NCBI GenBank assembly: GCA_019313505.1
Contig: JAFDBA010000001.1
Span: 1 to 55,765, forward strand
Origin: Deltaproteobacteria bacterium
Lineage (GTDB): Bacteria > Desulfobacterota > Desulfobacteria > Desulfobacterales > UBA11574
Reading direction: 5' to 3'
DNA length: 55,765 bases
The notes under the pieces are model-generated. The model searched no databases. It was given only the letters and a program-made list of their open reading frames with translations, and was not told where the DNA came from. The position numbers were made by a program, and so were the translations under genes. This document shows, piece after piece, positions 7,832-16,239 of the stretch. Positions within the stretch are counted from its first letter, which is position 1. The number at the start of each line of letters is the position of its first letter.

Positions 7832-9628
7832 ATGAAAAACATACGAAATTTCAGCATTGTAGCCCATATTGATCATGGCAAATCGACTCTTTCCGATCGC
7901 CTGATACAGGTGACCAATGTGGTTATGGACCGGGATTTTAAAGATCAGATACTAGACACCATGGACATCGAAAGGGAACGGGGTATTACCATAAAAAGCC
8001 AGACGATTTGTCTGCCTTATAAATCAAAGAATAATCAGACCTATTCCTTAAATCTCATAGATACACCCGGACACGTGGACTTTACTTATGAAGTTTCCCG
8101 GGCACTTGCTTCTTGTGAAGGGGCATTGCTTTTGATAGATGCCAGCCAGGGAGTGGAGGCTCAGACCCTGGCCAACCTTTACCTGGCCCTTGAACATGAC
8201 CTTGCAATTATACCCATAATCAATAAAATAGATCTGCCATCGGCTGATGTTGACTGGGTAAAAGAACAGATAAAAGAAGACTTGGGACTGGATCCGGAAG
8301 CTGCCATACTTATATCAGCCAAGGAAGGCATTGGCATCGAAGATGTACTTGAGGGTATCGTAAATTATCTGCCGCCTCCCGCAGGAGATCCGGATGCGCC
8401 CTTTAAAGCTTTGATTTTTGACTCCCACTATGATCCTTTTCGGGGAACCATTGTTTACTTTCGGGTCTTTCAGGGAAGAGTAAAGCCAAAAGATCTAATT
8501 ACTTTTATGTCAAATAAGGCCGTTTATAAGGTTGAGGAAGTCGGGATTTTTCAGATCAACCGTATACCACAGAAAGAAATTTCAGCAGGCCAGGTAGGCT
8601 ATATGATAGCAGGTATAAAGACGGTCAGCGACACCCGATGCGGGGATACCATTACCTTAAAAGACCGCCCCTGTGAAATGTCCATGTCCGGATTCAAGGA
8701 AGCAAAACCGGTTGTTTTTTCTTCGATTTACCCGGTTGCTTCTGATGGCTATGAGGAACTGGCCACGGGTCTGGAAAAACTGAAGCTGAATGATGCTTCC
8801 CTTATTTATGAAAAAGATACGTCCGTGGCTCTGGGATTCGGCTTCCGCTGCGGCTTTTTAGGGCTACTCCATCTTGAGGTTGTTCAGGAGCGTCTTGAAC
8901 GTGAATACGATCTTTCTTTGATACTTACGGCGCCTTCGGTCAGATACAAGATTGTCATGAATGACGGCTCCACATTAACTATTGACAATCCGGCTTTATA
9001 CCCGGATCCTACAAAGATTGAAAGCACAAAAGAGCCGATTATCCGTGCCTCCATTATAATACCGGATCGGTATATGGGAACGGTTATGAAGCTCTGCCTG
9101 GATCGAAGAGGGATTAATAAGAATTATCAGTATATGACCAATAATCGGTTGGAGATGATATTTGAACTTCCGCTGGCCGAGGTTGTTTATGATTTTTACG
9201 ACATGCTTAAGTCTATTACCCAGGGGTATGGATCTTTTGACTACGAATTGATAGATTTCAGGGAAACCGACCTTGTCAAGGTTGACATTCTGATCAACGG
9301 GGATCGTGTTGATGCACTTTCCCAGTTGGTGCATCGGGACAGGGGGGTTGAACGGGCACGGCGCGCATGTGAAAAACTGCGGGATGAAATTCCGCGCCAG
9401 ATGTTTAAAATAGCCATCCAGGGTGCTATTGGCGGTAATATTATTGCCCGGAAAACGGTTTCGGCGTTTAGAAAGGACGTCACGGCAAAATGTTATGGTG
9501 GTGACATAACCCGAAAACGTAAGCTCCTTGAAAAACAGAAAAAAGGGAAAAAACGGATGAAGATGGTAGGTCAGGTAATGATCCCCCAGTCTGCATTTTT
9601 ATCCGTGCTGAAAACAGACACAGATTGA
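7832..9628 (+). CDS. lepA: Elongation factor 4
   Basis: 598 aa. GTPase motifs are AHIDHGKST, DTPGH and NKID. The LepA-specific C-terminal region is present (YGGDITRKRKLLEKQKKGKKRMK). Confidence 0.95.
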   Translation: MKNIRNFSIVAHIDHGKSTLSDRLIQVTNVVMDRDFKDQILDTMDIERERGITIKSQTICLPYKSKNNQTYSLNLIDTPGHVDFTYEVSRALASCEGALLLIDASQGVEAQTLANLYLALEHDLAIIPIINKIDLPSADVDWVKEQIKEDLGLDPEAAILISAKEGIGIEDVLEGIVNYLPPPAGDPDAPFKALIFDSHYDPFRGTIVYFRVFQGRVKPKDLITFMSNKAVYKVEEVGIFQINRIPQKEISAGQVGYMIAGIKTVSDTRCGDTITLKDRPCEMSMSGFKEAKPVVFSSIYPVASDGYEELATGLEKLKLNDASLIYEKDTSVALGFGFRCGFLGLLHLEVVQERLEREYDLSLILTAPSVRYKIVMNDGSTLTIDNPALYPDPTKIESTKEPIIRASIIIPDRYMGTVMKLCLDRRGINKNYQYMTNNRLEMIFELPLAEVVYDFYDMLKSITQGYGSFDYELIDFRETDLVKVDILINGDRVDALSQLVHRDRGVERARRACEKLRDEIPRQMFKIAIQGAIGGNIIARKTVSAFRKDVTAKCYGGDITRKRKLLEKQKKGKKRMKMVGQVMIPQSAFLSVLKTDTD

Positions 9629-9666
9629 GACCTTTGAAAAAAGGTTTCAGATGAAAAGGGGAACAA

Positions 9667-10953
9667 ATGGGAAAAACCATAGCCGAAAAAATTTTTAATG
9701 CTCACCATGTTGATAACCCTGCAGAAGATATTCATGTAATCCGTCTGGACGCAGTATTCTGTCATGAGATTACAACACCAATGGCAATCAATGATCTGGT
9801 CACCCGCAACAAGGACCGTGTTTTTGATACGAATAAAATCAAGGCTGTTATTGATCATGTTACGCCGGCAAAAGACTCAAAGACCGCCGAGCAGGGCAAA
9901 ATCCTCAGAGATTGGGCCAGGCGTCACAATATTCTTGATTTTTTTGATATTGGCAGAAACGGGATCTGCCATGTGCTTTTCCCTGAAAAAGGATTTGTAC
10001 GCCCTGGTTTTACGGTGATTATGGGTGATTCTCATACCTGTACTCACGGTGCATTCGGTGCATTTGCCGCCGGAGTCGGGACCACAGATCTTGAGGTGGG
10101 AATTCTTAAAGGCGTTTGCGCCTTTCACTATCCTTCAACCATTAAAGTAAACATCAGCGGCCAGATGCCTGGAGGTGTCCTGGCCAAGGATATAATCCTT
10201 TCTGTAATTGGTCGTCTGGGAGTTAACGGTGCCACCAACAAAGTCCTGGAATTTACCGGGCCGATTGTGGATGCCATGACCATGGAATCGAGGATGACGT
10301 TGTGCAATATGTCTGTTGAAGCCGGTGCAACCTCGGGGATCTGCCTTCCTGACATGACAACGGTTGAATATTTATGGGAGTTCATTAAAAATGAATATTC
10401 CGATAAAAAAGAAGCTCTTGATGATTTTGGCCGGTTTCTTTCTGATGCTGACGCCCGGTATGATCAGGTAATTGAGCATGATGTAAGCCGCCTGGAACCT
10501 ATGGTTACCTTTGGATATAAACCCGATCAGGTAAAACCGGTCAAGGAAATGGAAGCCATAAAGGTGGACCAGGTATACATAGGGTCATGTACTAATGGAA
10601 GAATCGAAGATCTTAGGGTTGCTGCCAATGAGCTTGCCGGCCAAAAGATCAGCAATTCCGTGCGGGGCATTGTTTCTCCGGCTACACCAAAGATCTACCG
10701 CCAGGCAATGGAGGAAGGGATTCTGAAAATATTTTTGGATGCCGGATTCTGCGTTACAAATCCCACATGTGGGGCCTGTTTGGGTATGAGCAACGGTGTA
10801 TTAGCCCAAGGCGAAGTCTGTGCATCCACAACAAACAGAAATTTCAACGGACGCATGGGCAAAGGAGGTATGGTGCACCTTGTAAGTCCTGCTACAGCGG
10901 CAGCTACAGCCATCGCGGGTTACATTGCAAATTCCAGACTTTTCAAAGGTTGA
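9667..10953 (+). CDS. leuC: 3-isopropylmalate (or homologous 2-alkylmalate) dehydratase large subunit, short aconitase-family type
   Basis: 428 aa. Aconitase-family motifs are MGDSHT, IGSCTNGR and the Cys ligands in TCGACLG. It is followed by the small subunit. Confidence 0.8.
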   Translation: MGKTIAEKIFNAHHVDNPAEDIHVIRLDAVFCHEITTPMAINDLVTRNKDRVFDTNKIKAVIDHVTPAKDSKTAEQGKILRDWARRHNILDFFDIGRNGICHVLFPEKGFVRPGFTVIMGDSHTCTHGAFGAFAAGVGTTDLEVGILKGVCAFHYPSTIKVNISGQMPGGVLAKDIILSVIGRLGVNGATNKVLEFTGPIVDAMTMESRMTLCNMSVEAGATSGICLPDMTTVEYLWEFIKNEYSDKKEALDDFGRFLSDADARYDQVIEHDVSRLEPMVTFGYKPDQVKPVKEMEAIKVDQVYIGSCTNGRIEDLRVAANELAGQKISNSVRGIVSPATPKIYRQAMEEGILKIFLDAGFCVTNPTCGACLGMSNGVLAQGEVCASTTNRNFNGRMGKGGMVHLVSPATAAATAIAGYIANSRLFKG

Positions 10954-10963
10954 AGGACATATC

Positions 10964-11488
10964 ATGAAAAATTTTAGTGGAAAAGTACTCTTTCTTGATA
11001 GAAATGATATCAACACCGACGAAATTATTCCGGCGAAATATCTTTCAGAGATTTCCAAGCAGGCACTTGGGCCCTATCTTTTAGAAGATATCAAGCTCGA
11101 TGGATTCATGCCCCGAACTGATATTCAAGAAAAGAACGTTGTCATCACAAGGACAAACTTCGGATGCGGGTCTTCCAGAGAACATGCAGCATGGGCACTT
11201 GAGGTGAACAACATTAACCTGGTTATAGCAGAAAGTTTTGCCAGAATTTTCAGACAGAACATGTTTAACTGCGGTATGATGGCAGTGGAACTTCCGGCTG
11301 AAGCCATGGACCGTATCTTCAGAGATTTTGCCGACAAAGAAACCAATCTTGAAACCAATCTTGAAAAAAATATATTCATCATAACCACTAAAAATCACCA
11401 TTTAGAGGTATCTTTTTCAATTTCCGAATTTGATCGTGCTCTGGTAATGACCGGGGGGTGGGTGGAATATGCTGATTCGAAATATTGA
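10964..11488 (+). CDS. leuD: 3-isopropylmalate dehydratase small subunit
   Basis: INTDEIIPAKYL and NFGCGSSREHAAWAL motifs. I prefer ATG 10964 (GAAGGA SD, 10 nt after the leuC stop) over the track start at 10925, which overlaps leuC. Confidence 0.8.
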   Translation: MKNFSGKVLFLDRNDINTDEIIPAKYLSEISKQALGPYLLEDIKLDGFMPRTDIQEKNVVITRTNFGCGSSREHAAWALEVNNINLVIAESFARIFRQNMFNCGMMAVELPAEAMDRIFRDFADKETNLETNLEKNIFIITTKNHHLEVSFSISEFDRALVMTGGWVEYADSKY

Positions 11489-11585
11489 TGGCGTCGTAAA
11501 AAGTCCCATCTACTACGCCTTGTATATGAACCTTTTTACTTAGCCGTCAAGATTGAGACCTTTGCAAAACTTCCGGTGTTACAAT

Positions 11586-12422
11586 TTACTCTTTTACCAC
11601 TTTATTGATAATGGTGCCGATCTGTTCAATACGGCATTCGACTACGTTTCCCGGCTTTAAAACTACCGGCGGATCCCGGAATATTCCGACTCCGGCAGGG
11701 GTTCCGGTCGAAATTATGTCGCCCGGAATAAGGGTGATATCCTCGCTAATGTTCTCTATTATGGCAGGAATGTCAAAAATCATATCCCGGGTATTTCCGT
11801 CCTGCATGATTTCGCCATCTACCACAGCGGTCAGCCTCAGGTTATTGACATCATCAATCTCATCCGGAGTTACAATGAAAGGACCGACCGGTGCAAAGCT
11901 GTCAAACGATTTTCCTCTGAACCATTGGGAATCAGAAAACTGAGCCTCCCGCCCGGACACATCATTCATGACGGCAAATCCTGCGATATAATCGAATGCC
12001 TCTGTTTTATTAATTCTTTTTCCTTCTTTTCCAATGATCACAGCAAGCTCCACCTCCCAGTCTACCTGGCTGCTGCTTCTGGGAAGTATTATGGGGTCAT
12101 AAGGTCCACTCAAGGCATTGGGCGTTTTGCAAAATATCAGCGGTTTGTCGGGATTTTCAAAGCCTCCTTCTTTGGCATGTTCGGCATAATTCTTTCCAAG
12201 ACAGATGATCTTGGACGGGCGATGAATCGGGCTTGCAATTCGCGCCTCAACTTTACGGCCAGAATTCTTAACCCCGGCAACCTTTTCAAGCCATCCTTCT
12301 TTGAAAAATGCTTCGCTTATATCAGGAATCTCAGGGAAGATATCTCTCAAATCGACGATTTTGCCATCTTTCCACAGTCCAGGCTTCGCCTTACCCCTTT
12401 GACCAAATCTGACTAATCTCAT
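11586..12422 (-). CDS. Fumarylacetoacetate hydrolase (FAH) family protein
   Basis: 278 aa. FAH-fold signatures are ICLGKNYAEHA, DWEVELAVIIG, NDVSGRE and GDIISTGTPAGVG. Confidence 0.8.
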   Translation of the reverse strand: MRLVRFGQRGKAKPGLWKDGKIVDLRDIFPEIPDISEAFFKEGWLEKVAGVKNSGRKVEARIASPIHRPSKIICLGKNYAEHAKEGGFENPDKPLIFCKTPNALSGPYDPIILPRSSSQVDWEVELAVIIGKEGKRINKTEAFDYIAGFAVMNDVSGREAQFSDSQWFRGKSFDSFAPVGPFIVTPDEIDDVNNLRLTAVVDGEIMQDGNTRDMIFDIPAIIENISEDITLIPGDIISTGTPAGVGIFRDPPVVLKPGNVVECRIEQIGTIINKVVKE

Positions 12423-12515
12423 GGGTTTCCTTTTTGGGAAATCTTATTTGGGGTCTTGAATGCGAACCCAAAACCGGCATAATCTTGGGGGATTTATTAT
12501 TTTCTGAGGCCCTTA

Positions 12516-13301
12516 TCAATATTCTTTATGCTCCCCCGTTGCTTGATTTTGCCTCATCCCCTGCCCGTCCCCATAGCACTTCTTTCCATACCAGTCGATC
12601 TGCCTGCATATCCCACGGATAATACTGACCTCTTTGGCACGAAGCTGAATCCTGGAAAAAAAACGACGTAACTTGTTGATCCAGTAATCCGGATTTTCAG
12701 GATTGATATAGCTTATCCTGACCAGTATATCTTTAAGCTGATCATACATCCCATCGAGTTCGTGCCGGCTGGCAAGACGAGGCGTAAATCCCGTATTTTT
12801 CTCAAGACCGGCAATAAAAATTTCATAGCATGTGATCATTACTGCCTGGGCCAGATTTAAGGATGAAAATTCGGATGTGGGGATATTTACAAGCCCATGA
12901 CAATACCGGATGTCATCGTTGGAAAGTCCCCGGTCTTCCGGACCAAACAGGATAGCGATACGATTTTCAATGGAAATGGGAACCAGTTTTTGAGCCAGTT
13001 TAGAAGGGGTGTTCACGACCTGCCGCTGTCCTCCCAGCCGAGCCGTAGCACCGACAACATAATTAAAATGGGAAAGTGCGTTCTTAAGATCTGCGTAAAT
13101 GATAGTTTTATCAACTACATCTGAAGCGGCATGAGTCGCCAATTTCTGGATTTTATTCAGGTCATAGTCCGGGGGGTCGATGACCACAAGCCGACTGAAG
13201 CCCATATTGCACATGGCACGGGCAACGGACCCGATATTTTCAGGATGTCGTGGCTGGTGTAATACTATAGTGATGTTGTCAAGATTGATTCTTTTGAACA
13301 T
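12516..13301 (-). CDS. trmJ: SpoU/TrmH-family tRNA 2'-O-methyltransferase, TrmJ-like
   Basis: N-terminal IVLHQPRHPENIGSVARAMCNMGF and FGPEDRGLSN motifs. Its ATG overlaps the ndk stop (ATGA at 13298-13301). Confidence 0.75.
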   Translation of the reverse strand: MFKRINLDNITIVLHQPRHPENIGSVARAMCNMGFSRLVVIDPPDYDLNKIQKLATHAASDVVDKTIIYADLKNALSHFNYVVGATARLGGQRQVVNTPSKLAQKLVPISIENRIAILFGPEDRGLSNDDIRYCHGLVNIPTSEFSSLNLAQAVMITCYEIFIAGLEKNTGFTPRLASRHELDGMYDQLKDILVRISYINPENPDYWINKLRRFFSRIQLRAKEVSIIRGICRQIDWYGKKCYGDGQGMRQNQATGEHKEY

Positions 13302-13726
13302 CAGTCGTTAACTTCATAACTGTTGAAAAAGAAACCTATTTCAGAGGCGGCATTCTGGGGGGAATCTGAACCGTGCACGATATTTTTTTCGATATCAGTT
13401 GCAAAATCCCTCCGAATAGTCCCTTCAGCCGCTTCCCTGTAATCGGTGGCACCCATTATGTCACGATATCTGGCTATGGCATCTTCTCCCTCAAGAACCA
13501 TAACCACAATAGGTCCGGATGTCATGAAATATGTCAGACTTTGAAAAAACGGCCTTTCTTTGTGCACCGCATAGAAACTTTCTGCCTGGTCTTTGGTCAA
13601 TCTCAACATTTTCATGGTAATGATCTTGAGTCCGTTGCTTTCCAAGCGTTTAATAACGTCGCCGATCAGTCCTCGGGCAACACCGTCGGGCTTGATAATA
13701 GATAATGTTTTTTCCATAACTTTCAT
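13301..13726 (-). CDS. ndk: Nucleoside diphosphate kinase
   Basis: [10 protein letters not shown] and NIVHGSDS (catalytic His) motifs. The start could instead be the ATG at 13717. Confidence 0.9.
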   Translation of the reverse strand: MKVMEKTLSIIKPDGVARGLIGDVIKRLESNGLKIITMKMLRLTKDQAESFYAVHKERPFFQSLTYFMTSGPIVVMVLEGEDAIARYRDIMGATDYREAAEGTIRRDFATDIEKNIVHGSDSPQNAASEIGFFFNSYEVND

Positions 13727-13841
13727 TTTCCTTTAATGGATTTTATTAATTGCCGTTTCGATACCAAAAGGGATATTACAAGTCAATACGAGTAAAAAAT
13801 AAATGAATTACAAGAAAAAATATGGATTACAAAGAAAGAGA

Positions 13842-14270
13842 TTACTTCTGTTTATGGAGGGTTTTTCTAATGAGACAGGCACTTTCAGTAGTCTTTTTAA
13901 GACGTGTGGCAAGGCTGGTCAGAACTGCCTGAAAACCGGGGGACAGTTTGTTGAACTCCTGTTCAAAAAAAATAGGATCGATAATTCCTACAGTTGTATT
14001 GTCGACTGCCGTGGCTGTGGCGGTACGGGGGGTTTTGGTGATAAAACCCAGCTCCCCGATAATTTCTCCGGGCTTTAGTACCACCATTACCACCTTTTCC
14101 CCGCCAATTTTTTTGGAAATCTCCACGGCACCAGATTCAATTACATAGATCCAGTCTCCCGAACTTCCCTCCTTAAAAATAATTTGCCCATCCGTGTATT
14201 TTTCTTCTATTGCAGTTTGAAACATAATTCCAATCTTTTTCCACGTCTTCGTAAAGGTTGATCGTGACAT
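13842..14270 (-). CDS. Stand-alone cyclic-nucleotide-binding (CAP effector-type) domain protein
   Basis: 142 aa with FKEGSSGDWIYVIESG and GEIIGELGFI...RTATA motifs. The start could instead be the internal ATG at 14225. Confidence 0.7.
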   Translation of the reverse strand: MSRSTFTKTWKKIGIMFQTAIEEKYTDGQIIFKEGSSGDWIYVIESGAVEISKKIGGEKVVMVVLKPGEIIGELGFITKTPRTATATAVDNTTVGIIDPIFFEQEFNKLSPGFQAVLTSLATRLKKTTESACLIRKTLHKQK

Positions 14271-14313
14271 GGACTTTTATAATACGATTTGATTCCCGAT
14301 TTTTGTCCTACTT

Positions 14314-14538
14314 TCAACCCGGATCATTTTCCAACTGAGATATACAGATCATAAAATCATCTGCAAAGGCCGCCTGAATCTCTTCCTCCTGTCCGAACTC
14401 GGAAACGTCGTTTGCCACATTTTTCCCGATTCCATATTCAACATCCCAACCCTTTTCTTTCAAAAGTTCAATCAATTTTTCAGCCTGCTCCTTTGTGGCA
14501 TCGTCTCCTATATTTTGTTCAGCTATTAAAAATTTCAT
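14314..14538 (-). CDS. Small acidic hypothetical protein (74 aa)
   Basis: ATG at 14538 with the GAGAGGA SD. No family recognised. Confidence 0.5.
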   Translation of the reverse strand: MKFLIAEQNIGDDATKEQAEKLIELLKEKGWDVEYGIGKNVANDVSEFGQEEEIQAAFADDFMICISQLENDPG

Positions 14539-14737
14539 TTCACTATCCTCTCTTTCCTATATTCTGTACATTTTAGGCCACCATTCAGCCACTAAGACAC
14601 CAAGAGATAATAGGTTTGAATTGAGCCCCTTGTCTGCCAGCCGGGCAGGCGAAGAAAAAAATAAAATCCTTTGTGTCTTGGTGGCAAATAATTGTTTGTT
14701 CTCTTTAAAACTCAGGCCGGCTTGTCCGGGTTAGGTA

Positions 14738-15514
14738 TTACAAAACATCGGACACATGGACCAGTGAGATATCAGAATCTTTAATATTTTTTACAAACCG
14801 GCCGATGGTATGTACTGTTTCCGGAAACGGGTGTCCGATTCCTACTGCATGCCCGTATTTTTTTGAATGTCTTTTTAGTTTGTTGAGTTGATCATAAATG
14901 GCTGATTCATCATGAAGATTATCCAGAAAAATGTTCCTGCCTGTAGCGGCCATATGAAGCTTTCTTGCGGTTCTATACCCCGTAGAAAGGCTTGATGTAA
15001 GACTGTCAACAAAAAAAAGACCTTTTTTCTTTATATTTTCGAGCACTTCTCTAGTTTCTTTATATGCTTCCGTAAATCTTGACCCCATATGATTGTTCAC
15101 TCCAACGGCATAAGGTACGCCGGCAATATTCTCTTCTAGAATTCTCTCGATCCTGTTGGGCCCATCTCCGACGTAGAGTGCTCCGGGCCCTGGATCAAAA
15201 GAATCAACGTTGTAAGGTTCCATGGGTTGATGAAGCAAGATTTCATGGCCGTTATCATGAATCTCAAGGGCCAGATCATAAGAATATGCCAGTCGTGGCA
15301 AGATGGCAAAAGTAATGGGAATACTCAGATTCAGGAATTGTCTTGCGTGGGAAAGGCTATATCCGATATCATCGATAATCAGTGCAATGCGAGGCTGATC
15401 AACCGTGTGATTTCGATGTTTTTCCATGGCAAAGGCCTTTGAAAAACTGTTCAGCCCCAAAAAACTTCCCATCAACCAACCGGCACTTTTCAGCAAAAAG
15501 TTCCTTCTATTCAT
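14738..15514 (-). CDS. Divergent polysaccharide deacetylase (YibQ-like) with N-terminal signal sequence
   Basis: PRIALIIDDIGYS and NNHMGSRFT motifs. I prefer ATG 15514 (MNRRNFLLKSAGWLMG..., signal-like) over the track start at 15652. Confidence 0.7.
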   Translation of the reverse strand: MNRRNFLLKSAGWLMGSFLGLNSFSKAFAMEKHRNHTVDQPRIALIIDDIGYSLSHARQFLNLSIPITFAILPRLAYSYDLALEIHDNGHEILLHQPMEPYNVDSFDPGPGALYVGDGPNRIERILEENIAGVPYAVGVNNHMGSRFTEAYKETREVLENIKKKGLFFVDSLTSSLSTGYRTARKLHMAATGRNIFLDNLHDESAIYDQLNKLKRHSKKYGHAVGIGHPFPETVHTIGRFVKNIKDSDISLVHVSDVL

Positions 15515-15818
15515 GTGCTTATCCTTTTTTAAACGATTAAACAAGAATATTATGCCACAATGATCGACGGGTCGAATGCCGCTAGGCTGACAACGTATGG
15601 TATCAAATACCCATATCAGGTAATTTATGCAATATGTTGGGGTTAATGTCAATAAAAAATACCATATATGGATAAATTAATTTATTTAAATTAATATAAT
15701 CCACTAATAATGATGGCTTCGTAAAAAGTCACTTTTTGACTTTTTATGAAACTCAATGATAAGATTCCGAAATATAGTTCGTGTCCGGATTGTATCACCC
15801 GTTGAAAGGAGACTGTAG

Positions 15819-16229
15819 ATGAAAGAGAATTTTTATGTTTTTCCTGTGGGCATTATAAAAAAACAGGATGAAAAGATATGGATTGAAATATATGAGAAAT
15901 ATCATGGGGCTCTTTTGGGTTTGGATGAATTTTCTCATATAACCGTATGTTACTGGTTTCATGAGAATGACACCCCTGAAAAGAGGAAAGTATTGAAGAT
16001 CCATCCGAGGAGAAATAAGAAAAACCCTTTAACAGGGGTGTTTGCGACCCATTCCCCGTTACGGCCCAATCTGATTGCCATATCCATATGTAAGATACTA
16101 TTGATACAAGGAAATACTATTCACATCGACAAGATCGATGCCTTTGACGGGTCCCCGGTTATAGATATAAAATGTTTCATTCCCAGCAGAGCCTTAAAAC
16201 AAGATATACGGTTGCCGGACTGGGTATAA
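15819..16229 (+). CDS. TsaA/YaeB-like (TrmO-family N-terminal domain) putative methyltransferase
   Basis: 136 aa. FSHITVCYWFH, GVFATHSPLRPN, IDAFDGSPVIDIK motifs. GAAAGGAG SD. Confidence 0.7.
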   Translation: MKENFYVFPVGIIKKQDEKIWIEIYEKYHGALLGLDEFSHITVCYWFHENDTPEKRKVLKIHPRRNKKNPLTGVFATHSPLRPNLIAISICKILLIQGNTIHIDKIDAFDGSPVIDIKCFIPSRALKQDIRLPDWV

Positions 16230-16239
16230 GGACAAGATT

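Noticed and set aside
9623-9636. Exact 14-mer GATTGAGACCTTTG shared by 9623-9636 (lepA stop region) and 11551-11564.
   Set aside because: Among roughly 3e9 position pairs on both strands of 55.8 kb, several chance 14-mer matches are expected (4^14 is about 2.7e8). The flanks do not extend the match.
9627-9648. 9-bp stem with GAAA tetraloop spanning the lepA stop and the lepA-leuC spacer.
   Set aside because: The stem is real but small and AU-rich, and no U tract follows. It is most likely an incidental intercistronic structure and not worth a finding on its own.
11490-11519. Hairpin GGCGTCGTA / TACTACGCC after the leuD stop, as a terminator.
   Set aside because: It has one mismatch in a 9-bp stem, a 12-nt loop and no adjacent U tract on either strand. 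That is too weak to annotate as a terminator.
15515-15652. N-terminal extensions of track ORFs: 15515-15652, 27790-27861, 35982-36032, 38452-38514, 41648-41716, 23004-23087 and 10925-10963.
   Set aside because: Each extension starts at an upstream TTG/GTG/ATG with no SD and adds residues foreign to the family. Some overlap the preceding gene. An internal start with a good SD matches the family N terminus in every case.
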